Made by a program: the position numbers and the translations under genes. Positions 37,109 through 40,721 of a stretch of DNA of 40,721 nucleotides are shown here, piece after piece. Within the stretch, counting starts at the first letter, position 1. Every line of letters starts with the position of its first letter. The DNA comes from Candidatus Nanopelagicales bacterium (GTDB lineage Bacteria; Actinomycetota; Actinomycetes; S36-B12; UBA5976). The stretch covers positions 1-40,721 of the forward strand of contig JAYPCW010000003.1 of NCBI GenBank assembly GCA_038124905.1. Reading direction: 5' to 3'. Under the pieces are notes generated by a model. That model saw only the letters and a program-made list of their open reading frames with translations. It did not search any database and was not told the DNA's origin.

Positions 37109-38464
37109 GTGCATAAGTTTGATAAGAACGTTGAAAAGTTAGCTAGACAAATTCTTGATTATAGTTTGTGGCGATTAAGAAATGATCCTCCGCTTGATGG
37201 ACCGATGTCGAAAGAACAATTATCCAAAATTGTTGGAAATACCATTACAGCTAAAGGGATTGGGGGCGACAAGGCGCTCAACTTATTTAAAGAAGTTCTA
37301 GCACCAGCTTGTATCTCAACAGATAATCCTAGGTACCTCTCTTTTATTCCATCGGCTCCAACAAATGCCTCAACTCTTTTTGACTTAGTAGTCGGCGCAA
37401 GTTCACTTTACGGAGGTTCATGGCTAGAAGGTGCAGGTGCTGTTTTTGCAGAAAACCAAGCGCTGCGTTGGCTGATGGACTTGGCGCAATTCCCTAAAAA
37501 CAGTGGCGGTGTTTTCGTCCAGGGCGGAACAGTTGGAAATTTAAGTGCTTTAGTTGCCGCGCGAAATAGAGCTAGAGAAATTAATCCGGCGACAAAAGAG
37601 TGGGTATTAGCTTGCTCAAGTGAGTCTCATTCTTCAATTAAAGCTGCTGCAGATGTTATGGATGTTGATGTACTTAAAATTCCACTTGATGATCAATGCA
37701 AACTCACAGGTTTTAATGTAAGGAAAACTATTGATAAATTTCACGCCATAAATAAAGATAAAAAAGTTTTTGCAGTTGTGGCAACTGCCGGTACCACGAA
37801 CTTAGGAATAATTGATGAGTTAGGTGAAATTGGTACTTATTGCAATCAAAGTAATATCTGGTTTCACGTTGATGGTGCCTATGGGCTTGCTGCGCTTTGT
37901 GCTCCAAGTGTTAGAAATCTATTTACAGGCATAGAGCTAGCAGATTCTTTTATTGTTGATCCACACAAATGGCTTTTTGCTCCCTTTGATGCATGCGCAC
38001 TAATTTATCGAGATCCAAAGTTAGCAAAAAATACTCACCTTCAAAAAGCTGGCTATCTAGAAACTCTTGAAGGTAGCGAGGAATTTAATCCTTCTGATTA
38101 TGCAATTCACCTCACTAGACGAGCTCGTGGGCTTCCTTTTTGGTTTTCTCTTGCGGCTCATGGCACAACTGCATACGCCCAAGCGATGGAAACCACTATA
38201 ACTACTGCTAAACAAGCGGCGGAATTGATAGTTTCTCGAAACGACCTAACGCTTCTGTATCAGCCTTTGTTATCGATAGTTGGTTTCAAGAAAAACGGTT
38301 GGGTCCTTGCAGACTATAAGAAATGGAGTGAGAATTTACTTTTATCCCAAATTGGATTTGTGGTTCCTTCTTTTCACAATGGAGAGCCAATTCTAAGATT
38401 TTCTATAATAAATCCACTAACTACACTTGATGATATAGAAGAAATTCTTGCAACAATAAGTTAG
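37109..38464 (+). CDS. Group II PLP-dependent amino-acid decarboxylase (DDC/GAD family); substrate unknown
   Basis: GVFVQGGTVGNL, SHSSIKAA, ATAGTT, WFHVDGAYG, DPHKWL. Confidence 0.88.
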   Translation: MHKFDKNVEKLARQILDYSLWRLRNDPPLDGPMSKEQLSKIVGNTITAKGIGGDKALNLFKEVLAPACISTDNPRYLSFIPSAPTNASTLFDLVVGASSLYGGSWLEGAGAVFAENQALRWLMDLAQFPKNSGGVFVQGGTVGNLSALVAARNRAREINPATKEWVLACSSESHSSIKAAADVMDVDVLKIPLDDQCKLTGFNVRKTIDKFHAINKDKKVFAVVATAGTTNLGIIDELGEIGTYCNQSNIWFHVDGAYGLAALCAPSVRNLFTGIELADSFIVDPHKWLFAPFDACALIYRDPKLAKNTHLQKAGYLETLEGSEEFNPSDYAIHLTRRARGLPFWFSLAAHGTTAYAQAMETTITTAKQAAELIVSRNDLTLLYQPLLSIVGFKKNGWVLADYKKWSENLLLSQIGFVVPSFHNGEPILRFSIINPLTTLDDIEEILATIS

Positions 38465-38490
38465 CCCCCGCATATACGAATGCAGGGGCT
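38463..38490. terminator. Stem-loop between convergent genes (probable bidirectional terminator)
   Basis: AGCCCC-C-GCAT-ATACGA-ATGC-A-GGGGCT followed by TAATTATTTTTT. Confidence 0.65.
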
Positions 38491-38502
38491 TAATTATTTT
38501 TT

Positions 38503-39267
38503 CTAGAACTGAATGCCGCGAGTTAGCGCACCATCAACTACTAAATTAGTACCTGAAATACGTGAGGCCAATGGACTAGCCAGCATCACGACAGCAAACG
38601 CTTGCTCTTCAGGAGTTCCCATTCTTCCAGTGGGGTTTAATCCCATCGCAAATTTGAACAAATCAGGATTTCCTTGTTCAATACTTTGCCAAACTCCCCC
38701 ATCAAAATAAGTATTTCCAGGTGAAACGGTATTTGCCCTAATTCCTTTTTCTGCTAAAGAAAATGCTAAGTGCGCGGTATACGCGATGATCGCAGATTTA
38801 GCGGTGCCGTATGGGCCACCGGCAAAGTCTGCCTCACGACCAGAAACACTCGAGATATTAATGATCGATGGGTTTTTGCTTTTTTCTAAATAAGGAAGTG
38901 ACTTGCGACAAGTACGTACCGTGTGCAAGACATCAACATTCATCGAGGCTTCCCAATTTTCCTCATTGTCAGGAGTTATAGCTAAGGCGCTTACATTGCA
39001 AACTACGATGTCCAATCCACCAAATGCTTTTGCACTGTCATCAACCCACTTTTCAAGTTGACTTTTGTTACCCACATCAATTGCAGTACCAACGACATTG
39101 CCGCCATTTGCCTTTATCGCCTCTTCAGCCGCTTTAACTCCCTCAGCCCCGCGGGCGCAGAAAGCAACATTTACACCCTCAGCCGCTAACCCTTCAACAA
39201 TCGCTCGGCCAATACCTTTACTGCCGCCAGTGACGATTGCATTCATTCCTTTTAGTTTGAGATCCAT
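38503..39267 (-). CDS. Short-chain dehydrogenase/reductase
   Basis: TGGSKGIG, NISSVS, YGTAK, VDG. Confidence 0.88.
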   Translation of the reverse strand: MDLKLKGMNAIVTGGSKGIGRAIVEGLAAEGVNVAFCARGAEGVKAAEEAIKANGGNVVGTAIDVGNKSQLEKWVDDSAKAFGGLDIVVCNVSALAITPDNEENWEASMNVDVLHTVRTCRKSLPYLEKSKNPSIINISSVSGREADFAGGPYGTAKSAIIAYTAHLAFSLAEKGIRANTVSPGNTYFDGGVWQSIEQGNPDLFKFAMGLNPTGRMGTPEEQAFAVVMLASPLASRISGTNLVVDGALTRGIQF

Positions 39268-39279
39268 AATCTTCCTTTC

Positions 39280-40284
39280 CTAGAGAGACAACCCTTTTGA
39301 TCTATCTTTCAAGCTTTGATGCATTCCACCAAAAGCATCGACTTTTGGTAGCAAGCTTTTCGCCGCTTTTACGACCACGCTGTAATTTGCATCTACCACA
39401 TTCGCAATCGGAACTTTCGTTATTTGCGAAAGTAATTGATACGAATCCATTTGATGCAAACCGTATAAATCTTGAAACCAACGAATCAGATCAACTTGCC
39501 CGATTCTCCAAGAATCTTCCATAGGTCGACTAGAGCCAACGCTCATGAAATACTCGTCATTTTCAATGCGCGGCCAAGCCGGAGCGCCACCTTTAATTAG
39601 ATCAATCAAAATGATTGAATCCATCGCCCCCTCTACTGCAGTGCCACAAGCTTCACCTTCACCCTGTCGATAGTGACCGTCTCCAATTGAAAATAGCGCG
39701 CCTTCAACATTCACCCCAAGATAAATTGTTGAACCTTTCTTTACTTCCGGCGAATCCATGTTGCCGCCAAAGCGCTCTGGAACCAAGCTTGATCGAACTT
39801 CACCACCAGGAGGAGCAACACCAACTGTTCCTAACATATTTTCAATTGGTAGCTCCACAGAAAAATTACCAAAGCGAGATTCAAATCCCACAGTATTTTT
39901 TGCTAAATCAACTTCATAAATCCATGTTGTATCGGGTAAGGCATCTTGCAACATCGCAGTTCTATCTGTGGAAGTTAAACCACCAAAAAATGGGATTGTT
40001 GTTGAAGCACCACGATTTCTAGCTGGTTTCAAATCAACAATATGAATAGCTAGAGTGTCACCAGGTTCAGCCCCTTCGACATAAAAAGGCCCTGTTTGCG
40101 GATTTACATAACGTAAATCAACTTTTTCACTAGATAAATCATTAATACTTTTTATGGTGTCATTAAAGGCATCTTCGGACCACAATTTAAGCGCTTGACC
40201 TGGTTTTATTTTCATAACGGGCTTTACTCCGCCAAAGGTATAAACCAGCTGATCAAAATTCGGCTTGAACTCGATTAAATCCAT
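39280..40284 (-). CDS. Acetamidase/formamidase (FmdA/AmdA) family protein
   Basis: NPQTGPFYVEGAEPGDTL, GGNMD, GDGHYRQGEGEACGTAVE. Confidence 0.9.
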   Translation of the reverse strand: MDLIEFKPNFDQLVYTFGGVKPVMKIKPGQALKLWSEDAFNDTIKSINDLSSEKVDLRYVNPQTGPFYVEGAEPGDTLAIHIVDLKPARNRGASTTIPFFGGLTSTDRTAMLQDALPDTTWIYEVDLAKNTVGFESRFGNFSVELPIENMLGTVGVAPPGGEVRSSLVPERFGGNMDSPEVKKGSTIYLGVNVEGALFSIGDGHYRQGEGEACGTAVEGAMDSIILIDLIKGGAPAWPRIENDEYFMSVGSSRPMEDSWRIGQVDLIRWFQDLYGLHQMDSYQLLSQITKVPIANVVDANYSVVVKAAKSLLPKVDAFGGMHQSLKDRSKGLSL

Positions 40285-40350
40285 CTACAGACCTCTCTTC
40301 GCTGCCTGTTAAAACCTACCGAAATACCCTCGAGCGTACCACCGGTTTCA

Positions 40351-40686
40351 TTAACCTACATTTACTAAATAAATAATTCCTTCTTGAATTTGAACAGTTA
40401 CTCGATCCGGTCGATAATCCATCGTAAGTGCATAAAATTCACCATCTCTTTCACCCACTCGCCATTGCCAGCCCAAATCAAGTGCACAGGCTTCTGCATC
40501 TGCTTCAACCATTCCAATTAATAAATCTGCTTGCTCTTGTGGAATTTCTTGGCCCTCTAAAACTAAATATGTGGGACATGGCTTTGCTTCAACACTTGGA
40601 GCCTCTGACGTTTCCGGAAGACTAGCTTGCGTGCACGCGCTCATAGAAAAGATCACTACCAAACTAAGAAATAATTTTAATTTCAC
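40351..40686 (-). CDS. Lipoprotein with a peptidase inhibitor I78 / potato inhibitor I-like C-terminal domain
   Basis: Signal peptide with MSAC lipobox; LIGM...LTMDYRPDRVTV...VG reactive-loop pattern. Confidence 0.68.
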   Translation of the reverse strand: MKLKLFLSLVVIFSMSACTQASLPETSEAPSVEAKPCPTYLVLEGQEIPQEQADLLIGMVEADAEACALDLGWQWRVGERDGEFYALTMDYRPDRVTVQIQEGIIYLVNVG

Positions 40687-40721
40687 TTTATTTCAGATTT
40701 GCTTGTTAATTTAGGAAAATT

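Noticed and set aside
146-40625. Many short antisense or alternate-frame ORFs in the track (e.g. 146..463, 11597..11935, 25528..25911, 28278..28709, 39615..40022)
   Set aside because: They overlap well-supported genes and show no recognisable motifs; typical shadow ORFs.
1-40721. CRISPR arrays, tRNA/rRNA, riboswitches, IS elements, defence systems
   Set aside because: None recognised by eye. Intergenic gaps are too short except 34208-34656, which has no repeat-spacer or cloverleaf pattern. A covariance-model scan was not possible.

Overview
Chromosomal segment of a low-GC, tightly packed actinobacterium. The gene set and order (rex, bS22, Rv0500A-like HTH, clpC, SigR/SigH-type promoter, many leaderless starts) suggest a streamlined, possibly aquatic lineage; this is inferred, not proven. 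1-15.5 kb is conserved core: ResA-like redoxin, histidine phosphatase, cobA-hemD fusion, rex with its operator, glutaredoxin, bS22, HTH, proC, a diverged proline dehydrogenase, a Cys-rich hypothetical, radA, clpC, ppc and dxs. The hemA/hemC/hemB/hemL genes normally found at this locus are cleanly missing. 15.6-18.4 kb is a kynU/TetR/kynA tryptophan module without kynB. 18.4-31.3 kb is a 13-gene minus-strand amino-sugar cluster. It combines a standard phosphorylative GlcNAc set (ROK, nagA, SIS deaminase, ABC transporter) with five adjacent genes (SDR, N-acyl-D-amino acid deacylase, lactonase, PLP deaminase, RidA) that read as a non-phosphorylative oxidative N-acetylhexosamine pathway; this is the best candidate for an undescribed system. 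Two genes of the cluster seem to need non-canonical ATT/ATA starts. The rest holds qor/SnoaL/MlrC-like genes, an unannotated unit (CRP-type site, two small ORFs, terminator), a baeRF3/Balon-like factor, NfeD-SPFH, a group II PLP decarboxylase, SDR, acetamidase/formamidase and an I78-like lipoprotein. No rRNA, tRNA, CRISPR array or mobile element was seen. All family calls are from motif recognition by eye; no searches were run.
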